From Macrostomum lignano (lineage: Eukaryota): a stretch of 64,000 nucleotides of DNA. Below the pieces are notes generated by a model, which did not search any database, was not told the DNA's origin, and was given only the letters and a program-made list of their open reading frames with translations. Both the position numbers and the translations under genes were made by a program. Location of the stretch: the NCBI GenBank assembly GCA_002269645.1, contig NIVC01000897.1, positions 351,453 to 415,452 of the forward strand, in the 5' to 3' direction. This document shows, piece after piece, positions 16,464 to 29,507 of this stretch (the stretch's first letter is position 1; each line of letters opens with the position of its first letter).

Positions 16464-19400
16464 TGTAGTGTGCGTACGCACAGTATGGTACGCCCGGGCA
16501 GTCTGATTGGCTGCGGAGTGGGGTGGGTGCCGCCACCCCAATTCTAACTCCATAATATATAGACTCGTGCCCAGCGCGGCAAGATTTGTAAGAGTTTGGC
16601 TACACAGCAAACACGGCCTCTGACTAAGTTACTACAATGGCGTCGCAAGAACTGAACCTTTAAAAATCATGACTCAGCAAATTTCACTCGCGCCACCCGG
16701 GCCGTTTACAATCGATAGCGACTGCCACTCCACAGCACAGCGCTGGACTGCATGGACTCGTCGCTTCGCCACGTACATCAATGCAGCTGGAATCACCGAC
16801 AAGACTCGAGGGCAGCAGCTGCTGCTGTACGCCGCAGGAGAGGAGCTGCAGGCTGTAGTCGAAGAGAACGAGATCGCCTCTGGAGAGGACTACAGCAGCC
16901 TCGCGAAAAACATCCAGACGTTCTGGGACGGGAAGAATAACATTGTGTTCCTGCGTTTCAAGTTTGAGACCTGCAGACAGCAGCCTGGCGAGCAGATCGA
17001 CCAGTGGTATCAGCGTCTGCGCAAGGCGGCGGAGCCGTGTGAGTTCGGGACCCTCAGAGACTCGCTGATCCGTGACAAAATCGTCGCCTACTGCGAATCT
17101 GAGAGACTCAGGAGAGACTTCTTGCAGACCAACAATATCTCCCTGGCAGATGTGCTCAAAAAGGCGAGGGCGAAAGAAGCCGCGGAGCAGCAGGCCACCG
17201 TGATGGAGAGCGACAGACCAGGGGAACCGCAGCAGCTCGCAGCAGTCAGAAGAGACCAGAAGCCACAGATGCCGCAGACACCAACGCAGCACGTATCGTG
17301 CGATCGCTGCGGCAGGCCAGGGCACCCCACGTGCACCGCAGCGCAGGGCAAGAGCTGCAGAAAGTGCGGGAAGCCGGGCCACTTCGCGCGAGCCTGCAGG
17401 TCCAAGCAGGGCGCCCCGCAGAGCGGCGCCGACGCCGTCGCAACGCTGCAAGGCGAGACCAGCTACCAGAAGGTGGACCACCCGGACTCCGGCGTGTTCG
17501 AGGTCGATCAGGGTGAGCAGTCGGCCCACACAATAGCCGAGATCAACGGCTCCAGACTGTCGGTGTTGATTGACAGCGGTGCGGCTCGAAATGTGATCAA
17601 CCGGGCCACGTTCGAGAGCCTGAGACAGCGGCCGCACCTGCAGACCACCTCGGACAGGCTGTTCGCGTACGGGTCGGACAGGCCGATGCAGCTGCTGGGC
17701 AAGGCGGCGATGGACGTCCGCATTTTCGGCCGGCAGGCAGTCGCCACGTTCCACGTCGTCGAAGGGAGAGGCATCACCATCATCGGCAGGCAGACGGCCA
17801 CTCAGATGGACATCCTGCGGGTCGGGCCACCACCGACAGCCGGACAGCGGGTGCTGCAGGTCGCTGAAGCGGAGGCGGCGGTCGATGGCCTTCTCAGCGG
17901 CACGAGATCCAGCGGAGTGCCTCAAGGACACGTCGAGGACATCGGCAGGGTGCTGCGCAAGCACGCCAGCGTGTTCAGCGGAATCGGCTGCTTCACCGGG
18001 CCGCCTGCCGACATCCACCTCACCGACAGCGCCCGCCCGGTCTGCCATGCGCCTTCGAAGGTGCCGATCCACCTGGCAGACGCGGTGGACAAGGAACTGC
18101 AGTTGTTAGAGCAGCTCGGGATCATTGAGCCCGTCGACGGCCCGGCGCCGTGGGTCGCGCGGATGGTCGTCGTGCCCAAGAAGGAGCCGGGCGAGGTGCG
18201 CATCACGCAGGACCTCCGCGATGTCAACCGCTTTGTCATCCGCGAGCGACACCAGATTCCGACTTTCGAGGAGGTGACCGGGGACATGGCCGGCAGCACA
18301 GTGTTCTCAGAGCTGGACATCGCGAAGGCGTTCTACCAGGTGCCTGTCGCCGAGAAATGCCGCAACCTGCTAACATTCTCGACGCCTCGCGGGCTTCGCC
18401 GTCTCACCCGGCTGTGCATGGGCCTGTCCACCTCCCAGGAGATCCTGCAGAATGTGATGAGTCGAGTGCTGGCAGGCCTGCCCAACGTCAAATGGATCCA
18501 CGACGACGTGGTCGTGTTCGGCCGCACGATGGCGGAGCACAACAGCAGCCTCGAGGCATGTCTGGCCCGCCTGGCGCAGCATGGCATCACGCTGAACGCT
18601 CGGAAATGCCGACTGGCGCGCAGCAGCATCGAGTTCATGGAATGCGGCTCACGGCGGAAGGGGTCCAGGCCACGGAGAGCAAGGTCGCCGCCGTTCAAGA
18701 CTTCAAGGAGCCCGAGTCGATTGGGCAGCTTCGCTCATTCCTGGGCCTCGTGAACTACCTCGCCGTGTTCACGCCACAGCTGGCCAAGGTGGCGGAGCCG
18801 CTGCGGCGCCTGACCAGGAAGACCGTCGACTGGCAATGGGGCGCCGACCAGGCCAGCGCCTTTGAGCAGCTGAAGCGCAGCATCGCGGAGCCGACAACGC
18901 TGGCTTTTTACGACAAGCGGCTACACACGCAGCTGATTGTGGACGCGGGGCCGACCGGACTGGGCGCCATCCTGGCGCAGGTGCAGCGCGACGGCAGCTC
19001 GAGGCCGGTCGCATACGCCAGCCGGACCCTCTCCGATGTCGAGCGGCGATATTCGCAGACCGAGAAAGAGGCACTCGCCGTGAAGTTCGGCTGCCTGAAG
19101 TTTGAGTACTACCTGCATGGATCGCCCCAGTTCACAGTGGTCTCTGATCACAAGCCGCTGACGGCCATGTTCGCGCCTGGGTCGCGGCCGCCTCCACGAG
19201 TCGAGCGAATGGCGCTCAGGATCCAGCACCTAGTGTTCAAGGTCGAGTACCAGCCGGGAGCCTCCAATGCTGCAGATGTACTCAGCAGGCAGCCCCTAAG
19301 CGAGCACGACGGAAGTTTTGGCGAGCAGCGGAGGGAGGCCTACATCAACGAGGTGGCGCAGGCGGCTGTGCCGATGGCGCTGACACTCCAAGACATACGC

Positions 19401-21070
19401 AAGAGCTCTGCCAGCGACCCAGTCATCCGGGCGGCGATAGCGGCGACGCAAGGCGGTCGGTGGGATCGCTCCAACCCCGAGATGCGCTCGCTCCACGCGC
19501 TGCGAGAGGAGCTGTCTGCGGTTGACGGGGTCCTCCTTCGACACCACCGAATCGTCGTGCCAGCTGATCTGCGGCAGCAGATGCTCGAATTAGCGCATCA
19601 AGGACACCAGTGCTCGCAGAAGACGATCGCCAGACTCTGCACGAAGGTCTGGTGGCCGAGGATGGCAACTCAAGCGGAGGAATTCGTCAGTCGATGCCGC
19701 AGCTGCGCCGTCACGTCGCACACGCCAGCCGTCCGGGCCACGCCTCTGCAGCCGACGCCGATCCCCGCGGGCGCCTGGCTGTCGATCGGCGCCGATTTCG
19801 TGGGACCCATCAACAACAACATGCTGCTGGTGTGCGTGGACCGCTACTCAAGGTTTCCGGAGGTGCAGCTCATGCAGACGACGACGGCCGAGGCACTGAT
19901 TCCCCGCCTGCGAGAGATGTTCGCCCGCTTCGGGATCCCACAGGAGCTCGTGACAGATAATGGACCACCTTTCTCGTCCAAGGAGTTCGGCCGGTTCCTG
20001 GCGAGCTACGGGATCAAGCACCGCCTCATCACGCCCTACTACCCAGCGGCCAACGGCATGACAGAGCGACTGAACCGCTCCATCAACAAAGTCGTGCGAG
20101 CAGCCATCGAGGAGCGGCGGGACTGGAGGGCCGCTCTGGACGAGTGGCTGCTGGCCTACAGGAACACGCCGCATACGGCCACCGGGCGCGCACCAGCCGA
20201 ACTGCTGATGGGCCGGCGGCCAAACGACATCATCCCCGCCGCCCGGCCGTCCCAGCGAGTCCGCATCAACGAGCAGCGGCTGAGAGAAGCCGACGCTGGC
20301 GCCAAGGCGGCGATGAAGCAGCACGCGGACGCAAAAAGGCGACCACGGAGGCACGACGTCCAGGTCGGCGACTCGGTGCTACGACGGCGGGTCGGTGCCA
20401 GCAAGACGCAGACGCCATTCGAGAGCGGTGCCTGGACAGTCCAGCGGGTGGCCGGCAACTCGCTGCTGCTACGCCGGGACGGCACGACCTGCTGGCGGCA
20501 CTGCACGGCGGTCAAAGTCGTCAGCCCCGACTTGGCCGACGCCGGCGCCCAGACGCAGACCGCTGCACCGAGAGCTTCGGGCGAGGCGGCCCGAGATCCA
20601 CCCGCCTCCCCCGTGGCGCTGCGCCCGCACCCCCGCGCTGCTCGGGCGGGCGTGAAAATCTACAAGGACTGAATTTGAAATCCTGCGATGACTGAAATTA
20701 ACTGACTTTCTTTTCCGTAATATGCGGACTGAAGTTTTTTTACGTTTTTGCTGCATTCAATTCAAATATTTTATTTCCTTAATATTTTAATCTCCATTTT
20801 CAATGCGCATCATCGGTGAATCTTTCGAACTTTGTATTTTCGAGTTACGTTTAAATCGATTTTCTTCTCTCTCAGTCTCTATTCGAAAGGGGAGAGATGT
20901 AGTGTGCGTACGCACAGTATGGTACGCCCGGGCAGTCTGATTGGCTGCGGAGTGGGGTGGGTGCCGCCACCCCAATTCTAACTCCATAATATATAGACTC
21001 GTGCCCAGCGCGGCAAGATTTGTAAGAGTTTGGCTACACAGCAAACACGGCCTCTGACTCAGTTACTACA
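16464..21070 (+). mobile_element. Full-length Ty3/Gypsy LTR retrotransposon
   Basis: 173-bp LTRs (16464-16636, 20898-21070) with TGTAGT...ACTACA ends and 1 mismatch. 5-bp TSD CGCCT. PBS-like TGGCGTCGC at 16638. PPT AAAGGGGAGAGA before the 3' LTR. Domain order PR-RT-RH-IN. Confidence 0.97.
16669..20672 (+). CDS. Gag-Pol polyprotein, with a single 1-nt frameshift at ~18640
   Basis: Cys/His zinc-knuckle region (CDRCGRPGH..CRKCGKPGHFARAC), protease LIDSGA, RT (FSELDIAKAFYQ, IHDDVVV), RNase H (IVDAG, YSQTEKEALA, VVSDHKPL), integrase (HQGH..CRSC, GADF, TDNG, NGMTER). Frames join as IEFM/GMRLTAEG. Confidence 0.94.
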
Positions 21071-21075
21071 CGCCT

Positions 21076-21690
21076 TAGTGTCTGTCTCTATTAGTTCTTA
21101 GTGTCTGTCTCTATTAGTTCTTAGTGTCTGTCTCTATTAGTTCTTAGTGTCTGTCTCTATTAGTTCTTAGTGTCTGTCTCTATTAGTTCTTAGTGTCTGT
21201 CTCTATTAGTTCTTAGTTTCTGTCTCTATTAGTTCTTAGTTTCTGTCTCTATTAGTTCTTAGTTTCTGTCTCTATTAGTTCTTAGTGTCTGTCTCTATTA
21301 GTTCTTAGTGTCTGTCTCAGTGTCTCTATTAGTATCTGTGTCTGTCTTAGTGTCTGTCATAGTGTCTGTCTCAGTGTCTGCCTTAGTGTCTGTCCTCGTG
21401 TCTGTCTCAGTGTCTGTCTTAGTATCTATCTTAGTGTCTGACTTAGTGTCTGCTTTAGCGGTATTAGTGTCTGTCCTACAAGCAATTAGTGTCTGTCCTA
21501 CAAGCAATTAGTGTCTGTCCTACAAGCAATTAGTGTCTGTCCTTCAAGCAATTAGTGTCTGTCCTACAAGCAATTAGTGTCTGTCCTACAAGCAATTAGT
21601 GTCTGTCCTTCAAGCAATTAGTGTCTGTCCTACAAGCAATTAGTGTCTGTCCTACAAGCAATTAGTGTCTGTCCTACAAGCAATTAGTGT
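21076..21690. repeat. Compound minisatellite: 23-bp TAGTGTCTGTCTCTATTAGTTCT, then a degenerate 12-mer, then 22-bp TTAGTGTCTGTCCTACAAGCAA
   Basis: Read directly. Same TAGTGTCTGTC core as the array left of the LTR element. Confidence 0.93.
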
Positions 21691-23495
21691 CATACTTTTA
21701 CCGCAGACAAACTAGGCCAAGGAAATTCAGTACAGAAGCACAAAAACAGAGTCAGGAGCAGCGGTAGCAGTTGAAAAACTTTTGGTTGAAAAACTTCCTA
21801 TAACCAACCCTCGAACAAAACGCACGATTTCACTTCATTCGCTATTTGGGAGTCCAGAAGAAGGCGAGGTTGTCAATATAGTGCTAAAAGACTGAAAATC
21901 TCCTATATCGCCAATGCAGTTTGCAACGTAAGCACGCGTCCCTCTGTCTCGTTTAGGAAAAAGGCCTCTCCGAAATCTCCCAAGCTGCACTTTTTGGATC
22001 CGTGGAATTCCTCGATGGGCAACAGACACCACGGGAGGCCAGCTTTCCGAATGGATGAAAGCAGCAGACAGCGGGGACAGCAGCAGCGTCCTGCATCTGT
22101 TGCGGCTAACCAAACTGCGCAGACTCTTAGAAGAGGGGGGGAGTTATCCATAGCTTATCCAGGTTCCCTTGTTTCTTTTCTTTCTCTTTTTGCCTCGCAT
22201 TACCCCCTCCCCCCTCCCCAATTTTCCAAGCAGCTGGTGCAGCAGACGCTCTGGAGGATGCACGGAGCGCGTCAGTTAAGGCGAACGCGTACTTGAGCTT
22301 GGGGGGGAGGCGGCGATGGACAGACAGGAAGCCAGGCCAGGCTGGCACAGTACTGCGCACTGAAGTGTCAAGATAGGGAAAATGAAGCTAGCTATGGGAG
22401 AGGCATTTTGTATTGAAGGGTGCGCAAGCATTGGGAAGAGGCGAACAGGCAGGACAGAGCCCTCTAATTGACCAGTCACTGTACACACATGGCAGGCTCG
22501 TGCTGGATTGGCCGTTAGCTGGAACAGGACAGTGTACTCTGGGGGAAGAGCAGCAGCAGCGACTCACACACTCTCTCTCTCTCTCTCTCTTAGCCCCGCC
22601 GTTCCTCCTCTCTCCCAGGTCCTGCTCCGCTCTCTCCGCCCGTTTCTCCTATTTTTTGGTTCTCATTTCCCCAACAACAGCGCAATCGGGAGAGTTAGTC
22701 AAGCCAGTCTAGGCGATCGCGGACAGCAACAAATTAATAATCATTGCTTCTAAATAGGTAAGTAAAATCTACAGTACAGACGTGTTTACACTCTGTAATT
22801 GACTAATATGGCTGTGTCGCATTAGAATGCGCCGTTTCTCAAATAGGGGGGTACCGCAGCAGTTTCTCATCTGCACTGCTCTTGCATCAGTTCTATCTCT
22901 TTAAGTCAGTCAAGTCTCAGCCTTAGTCTGTCCTTGTAGACCTCAGGAGAGCTCAGAGATTTCTTATGCTGGGCCAATGCACAGTTTGCACAGGGCGGTC
23001 GCGCGGGGACTCCCAAAGCGGCCGTTTGAGACTCGAAGCAAAAAAAAGCAAAAAACCACCCCTTTAAAGGACCAGGCCAGTCCAAAAATGATATGCGTAC
23101 AGCAGGTTTGACAGCGAGATAAATACAAACATAACATACTCTGTGCCTCACTGCGACAGAGTACTGTATATACATTTATACACGAAGCTACACCCCCGCG
23201 TGAGGAGAGCGTCAGAAAAAAGAGCAAGAACATATTTTAATGGCCAGTTGAGATTTACGAACAGAAACGCTTGACCTTGGTAGGCTTGCGGGCGCAGGTA
23301 GACGACTGAAGAAATATAGCAATCTTTTATCACTATCTGCGGTAATTCATTCACTGAAATCAAACTTTTTATAGTGGCAACAACGGTTTGCCAATTGACA
23401 TTAAACTCATTGAGAATCTCATCTGCCACCTGCCCCAGCCTGTGCGAGCCTGCGTCACCTGCCTCAGAGAAGGGCGGGAATCGTCATCAGCTGAA

Positions 23496-26400
23496 ATGCG
23501 AAAGGAAATCATTCTGGATGTCATTGAGCCCGGCCTTGGCGAACTGGAAAGCATTTGGGACTATATTGGTGAGGAGGCATTGCGTGTTCAATAATCTCTT
23601 TCATATCTGTAGCTTTGCTGTACTAGAGTTGCATTGGTCTGTAGCTTTGCTGTACAAGAGTTGCATTGGTCCGTAGCTTTGCTGTACTAGAGTTGCATTG
23701 GTCTGTAGCTTTGCTGTACTAGAGTTGCATTGGTCTGTAGCTTTGCTGTACTGAGTTGCATTGGTCTGTAGCTTTGCTGTACTAGAGTTGCATTGGTCTG
23801 TAGCTTTGCTGTACTGAGTTGCATTGGTCTGTAGCTTTGCTGTACTAGAGTTGCATTGGTCTGTAGCTTTGCTGTACTAGAGTTGCATTGGTTTGTAGCT
23901 TTGCTGTACTAGAGTTGCATTGGTCTGTAGCTTTGCTGTACTAGAGTTGCATTGGTCTGTAGCTTTGCTGTACTAGAGTTGCATTGGTCTGTAGCTTTGC
24001 TGTACTAGAGTTGCATTGGTTTGTAGCTTTGCTGTACTAGAGTTGCATTGGTCTGTAGCTTTGCTGTACTGAGTTGCATTGGTCTGTAGCTTTGCTGTAC
24101 TAGAGTTGCATTGGTCTGTAGCTTTGCTGTACAAGAGTTGCATTGGTTTGTAGCTTTGCTGTACTAGAGTTGCATTGGTTTGTAGCTTTGCTGTACTAGA
24201 GTTGCATTGGTCTGTAGCTTTGCTGTACTAGAGTTGCATTGGTCTGTAGCTTTGCTGTACTAGAGTTGCATTGGTCTGTAGCTTTGCTGTACTCATACTA
24301 TAGACTATCCAGATATAAGATCATCGTGTACGGACGGCAGTGATCTTTTCGGCTTTGTACAAGAACAAAGAAATTGTACTAGCTTTGTAGCTTTATTTAC
24401 TATAAGCTATAAATAACTTATGATTGAGTCACTTCTGTACTTATCCGATAGAAAATCCTCAGCGTCTCATTGCCATGGCAACCATCCGCCACCCAGGCTA
24501 CCCAGACGAGCAGAGAACGGAGCGACTCCACACTCTCGCCGAGCAGCTTCAGGCACGCATGTTCGACTTCATCTCGGCTGAGAACCAGCGCCGTGTGCAG
24601 CTCGACACGGAAATTGAGGCCCGCAAGCGTCGGGCAGCTCAGATCTGCCAGACTCTGCGCCTGCCGCCCTACTTTCCTCCCCGCGGCCTGCCATCTCTCA
24701 GCCTGCTTGAGCATTTAGACGCGCACATTGCTCAGTTTGAGGCCGAGATTAAAGAAAGACAGGCCCGCCAGTCTGAGCTCACTGCTCAAGTGCGAAGCCT
24801 CTGCGAACGGCTCGGACTGCCGGACGAGACGGCGACGACGAAACCGGCGGAGGCGACGACGACGGATGGCGATGGCGTTGATTCGACGACTGATGCTGAC
24901 GATGCTATCCCGAGCGAGCAGGTGAGAACCAAACACTCGCCGTGATGGGTGCTCAGGCCGCTAGGAAGAAATGTATTGTATTTACATGTAGCTACAGAAT
25001 GCAGAGTAGGCCAACCCACAGAGCACACTATACTAGTATGTCAGGGCTGCGTACGTATCAGTGCTCGTGCTTAAGTGCTCAGCGGAATGGACACAACTGC
25101 GGGTCGCCTTGATTTGCTGCAATGTCAGTAGTTCCTCCATGGGAACTAGCTAAGTAACTAAGTAATGCATATTATCTTGTAACTCCACTCCCAGGGTACT
25201 GCATTGTAAATAACACCCTGAATGTTTTGAAACAGCTTTGGGTACAGGCACACAGATTGATATGCAATTCAACACCGTGCGTTTGAAATTGTACCTAAGG
25301 AGCGAAATAATGTTTCCAAGCCTTGGAATCGAACCCCGGAACTTTGGTGCGAGTTTTAAACGTATTATTGCTCTACCATTGCTGCCTCTTCAAGACAGTG
25401 AACGTGGGACGACAAATTAAGCGTTTAACTCTCCTATACAGTACTTACAGACCTACGTATTGCCTACCGTCCGACTACTCTTACACACTTCTTATTTTTC
25501 ATTCTCATTTCACTCCTACGTCCTACGCAGGACCTCGAGCGTCTGCAGTCTCGAGTAGCGGAACTCGAGCGACGTCGCGACGACATGCTCAAACGGCTGT
25601 CCGGCCTTGCGGAGGACGTCAGACGAATCGCCCTGGACATAGAGTTCGCCGGCAGCCCGGCAGGGTCTGGCGCGGACGACGCCGCGCAGGCTCTGGAGGA
25701 CGCGGTGCTCGCCGGCGAGGAGACAACGCGGCTGCCGTTGAGCGACGCCACACTGAGCCAGCTGGAGGCCCTGCGACTCCGACTGGTGAAGCACAAAGCG
25801 ATGCTGGTTGGCACCTGCGACGAGTTGCGTCAGCACATCCGGGTGATGTGGACCAGGCTGGACATCCCACACGAGGAGCAGGAGGCGTTCTTGGCGCAGC
25901 ACGCTGGCTACAGGCAGAGCACTCTGGATGCGCTGCAGGAGGAGTCGGACAAATGCCAGGAGCTCAAGTGGTCCCAGGCTACGGCCTATCTGGCTAATCT
26001 GAGGAGAGAGGCCAGGTTAGTGGACGGAAATTGTGAAGGTACAATCTCTAGACTTGTCAGAGGCAGCCCCCAAGGCAGAGAGTGTACATGCCTGGCGATG
26101 AGAAAGTCTGGGCCGCTGTACACCCTGTGTGAGCGTGTGCCTGCGTACAGTATCCATGTGCGTTGCTCAGGCGTCAGCGGAATGAGCATGACTGCCAGCC
26201 TCCTCGGTCGCCTGTTGTTCGCCTTGATTTGCAGCTTGATTGGCAGCGCCAAAAAGCCCCACCTTGCGAATTATATCACTGAATATAACTTTTAATATCT
26301 CTCCGCTGTCCCTCAGCGAGCTGCGCGCCACCTGCTTCCTCGACGACACTGGCGACGAAGCCGACGAGGATGCCGCACTGATCGGCGGCGACCTGGACGA

Positions 26401-27048
26401 CACGGAGGAGGGCGTCGCGGCTCTCGAGCGACGAATCGACGAGCTGCGCGAGTCGTATGAGAAGAATCGCGAACTGTACGCAGCGGTGGGACTGTATCAG
26501 GACACCTGGCGGGCCTACCTGGACGTTGAGCAGCGGATGAAGGATCCGGCAATTCTGAGCAACCGTGGCGGCGTGCTGTTGAAAACTGATAAGGAGCGGA
26601 AACAGCTGCAGAAGGAGCTGCCCAAGGTTGAGAAGAAGGTGAGCGATTTCATAAAGTTTGTACCGTGATTCGGAAGTTATACGGATTTTTAAACTAATGG
26701 TTTTCGATTTTCATGAATTTAGCCTCTGGGGAAATCAGGATCCGATATCACCCGCTGGTCTCTTCCCAGGTGTCAGAGCTGCTCCAGAAGCTCCAAGGCG
26801 GTGACAATTTCCGCATTCGAGGCCGCACCTTTGAGCAGCACGTGCACCACCTGTGGGACTCGCTGCGCAGCGAGCAGGAGGCCAGCAAGTTCAACCGCAA
26901 AGCTGGCGCCGTCGCAGGCGGCCGAACCGGATCAGCAACCAGCGGCGGCGGCGACGACCTGCGCTTGAGCCAGTCGCCGATGCGCGATTCCTCGCTGGGA
27001 GCCGCCGGGTCGCCAAGAAAGTCGCTTTCAGCTACCGGCAAGCGATGA
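23496..27048 (+). CDS. PRC1: Protein regulator of cytokinesis 1 (MAP65/Ase1 family). Exons 23496-23568, 24497-24921, 25531-26015, 26317-26638, 26770-27048
   Basis: LESIWDYIG/YPDEQR N-terminus, LRQHIRVMWTRLDIPHEEQEAF, and DPAILSNRGGVLLKTDKERKQLQKELPKVE matching the PRC1 NRGGxLL motif. All GT-AG junctions are phase-compatible. Confidence 0.9.
23608..24295. repeat. Minisatellite, 32-bp unit TGTAGCTTTGCTGTACTAGAGTTGCATTGGTC, in PRC1 intron 1
   Basis: Read directly. Confidence 0.97.
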
Positions 27049-27214
27049 AGCCTTCATCTGTCTCATTCATTCCTCATTTCTCCCGGCTGTCATTCTCCTG
27101 AGCTTCCAAATTGTTTACCTCTGTCTTCATAAAGAAGGCACGGACCTCTAGCTGGGATTACCTGGACTGGACGTCCATGGGACCTCTGGCTCTATTATCT
27201 AACCTAGAATCCCA

Positions 27215-27362
27215 TAGACCTATTGAGACTTCGGACTAGAGTTCCGTGGACATCTGGATCTAACTGGACTGGATCTCCATGGACATCTGGATTTAACTGG
27301 ACTGGATCTCCATGGACATCTGGATCTAAATTAACTGGATCTCCATGGACATCTGGATCTAA
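27215..27362. repeat. Short degenerate ~33-bp tandem repeat (GGACTGGATCTCCATGGACATCTGGATCTAACT) downstream of the PRC1 stop
   Basis: About 4 copies read directly. Confidence 0.8.
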
Positions 27363-27414
27363 TTGGCCGGGAATTTAGTGGGAATTCTGTTTTCAAACTT
27401 GTACGCGCTTCACC

Positions 27415-27477
27415 CAGGGACTACTAAATACTAAGTACTAAGTATTAAGTATAATACTAAATATTTAGTAGTCCCTG
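27415..27477. mobile_element. 63-bp hAT-type micro-MITE
   Basis: Perfect 16-bp TIRs CAGGGACTACTAAATA / TATTTAGTAGTCCCTG flanked by the 8-bp direct repeat GCTTCACC (27407-27414 and 27478-27485). Confidence 0.88.
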
Positions 27478-28374
27478 GCTTCACCTCGATCATTCCCATC
27501 TAATCTTATGCGAGTCAATGAATCAAGAAGAATCTCTAAAACAGAACACTTTCAACAATCCAATGGCGTTATAGCGCCGGCAGGACCACACGGGCCACTG
27601 CAGTCTACTCGTAATTAAAGTTCTCCGCCAGCTTTTATTGAATTGTGCAGAACCCATTTTAATGTTTATTGCTAAATTGAGTTATGCATTACTATTGTCT
27701 GATAGCAAAAGCTTTATAACCCATTTGAAACCTTGCCAACGATCGAAAAAATTTCATTGAAAAGACGTGCATGTTACTATTCATAATAGTACCATATTGC
27801 TCGCGAAATACTGTTGAGTCCATCTAGACAAAATTTGTAGACAAGAAGCAAAATTTGATATTGTCCTGGCTTTACTGCAGAGAAATCTGAGTTCTCATCA
27901 AATGCAGTTTTTTTTCGTTGCCATCGAGCTGAAGCTTCACATCCGCTGATGCTCGTACTTCACCATCGCTGTTGTCTTCTGTAGCTGCTTCAACTGCTGC
28001 TCCAACTGCTTGTCCTTGCCCTGTTTCCCATTTTACTTGCACTTTTATGCCAGTACAAAGTATATTTATATCCCATATTTGTAGCACTTTCAAGTCTGAA
28101 CACAATCCTAATTGTTTGCGCAAGCATTTAGATAAAAAATGGACTCAAATGCTATTGTAGTTACATGTACAATAATAATATAGTGCTTCACACCAATAAA
28201 TCACCTTGCCTAATGAAATTTATTCTAATCTGTGTGATAACAGTAGAAAAAGTAGCGCTTTTGCTAAAAATGTTCTGAAATTTTATTATAGATTTAGTCA
28301 ATCAGAAATGCACCTCGTAGCTTATACAGCTCGGTACATGATCGGGGCTCATTTCCATTGCACCGTGAATTACA

Positions 28375-29072
28375 CAAGGACGACTTAAGTAGAAGGACGG
28401 GAAACCTCGTTTCTTAGAAAATTTTTGAAGGCACTTTTTCCCGAAAAAATACACTACGGAGATAGGAAATTTTCATTTTTTCAGCACAAAAATTGCTATT
28501 ACTTTTGATAGGAGGCAGATCCAGTGCTCATCTTTTGATATGTTGTGCCTTTTTTATTGCTCTATCGATATTTATAAAGCTTTTCGTTCAGAAAATTAGG
28601 ATTATATGTCAATTTTTTATTCTACGTACATTTCCTGTATCTGAAAATCACAAAAATGCATGACACAGCTCCAATATTTGCTTTTATGAACCTGTTTTAT
28701 CATCTCTGTTACGAATATTTGCTAAACAGTCAGTTAAGAATGATAAAATAGACTTCTAAAACCAAAGAGCCGAGCCGTGGCATTCTAATGTATTTCAATC
28801 ACAAGACACGTGAAAATATACGGAGAATAAAAAATTTACATAGAATCCTAATTTTCTGAACTAAAAGCTTTATAAATATCGATAGAGCAATAAAAAAGGC
28901 ACAACATATCAAAAGATGAGCACTGGATCTGCCTCCTATCAAGAGTAATAGCAATTTTTGTGCTGAAAAAATGAAAATTTCCTATCTCCGTAGTGTATTT
29001 TTTCGGGAAAAAGTGCCTTCAAAAATTTTCTAAGAGACGAGGTTTCCCGTCCTTCTACTTAAGTCGTCCTTG
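28375..29072. mobile_element. 698-bp MITE with ~230-bp TIRs and 8-bp TSD
   Basis: TIR starts CAAGGACGACTTAAGTAGAAGGACGGG. TSD GAATTACA at 28367-28374 and 29073-29080. No coding capacity. An 8-bp TSD fits the hAT, P or Merlin superfamilies. Confidence 0.92.
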
Positions 29073-29507
29073 GAATTACAGTGTGTATGCCATCGTTTTC
29101 TGAATGCTTCAATTTCATCGCTTTGTGAGCTTCTGAAAAATAAAGAAAAAAATTGTTTCAATGGGTAGCGTCTTTAACTTTTACAACGGACTACTAACTG
29201 CCCGGTGGTCCGTGATATTCGCGTTTATTTACTCAGCTGAACTACACATGCAAATTACGAGCTAAAATAACTACTCTGCGTGCTCTGCATGTATGTACAT
29301 GTACAGCATTGTGCAAGTGTTGTAAAGTTTATTCTATATGTATATTTGAGTTCATGTGCGTGTATATACTAGTCGTGTATATAGATACTCATCGTATACT
29401 GTTGTGATATTGAGTGATTTACATGCGATTCCTTCATATGTAGCTGTCATGATATGCAATATATTGATATGATATGAAATTTTCTGTACGAGTATTTGCG
29501 AGAATTG

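Noticed and set aside
18490-18520. IHDD instead of YxDD as an inactivated RT
   Set aside because: Both catalytic aspartates are present, and non-Tyr variants occur in invertebrate Gypsy lineages.
18630-18660. Programmed ribosomal frameshift in the Gypsy element
   Set aside because: It falls mid-RT with no slippery heptamer; one missing G restores FMGMRL, so it is a mutation or sequencing error.
16684-20756. Many overlapping antisense or alternative-frame ORFs in the Gypsy interior and the GC-rich PRC1 and TOGARAM1 exons
   Set aside because: Shadow ORFs expected from high GC and codon bias; no recognisable motifs.
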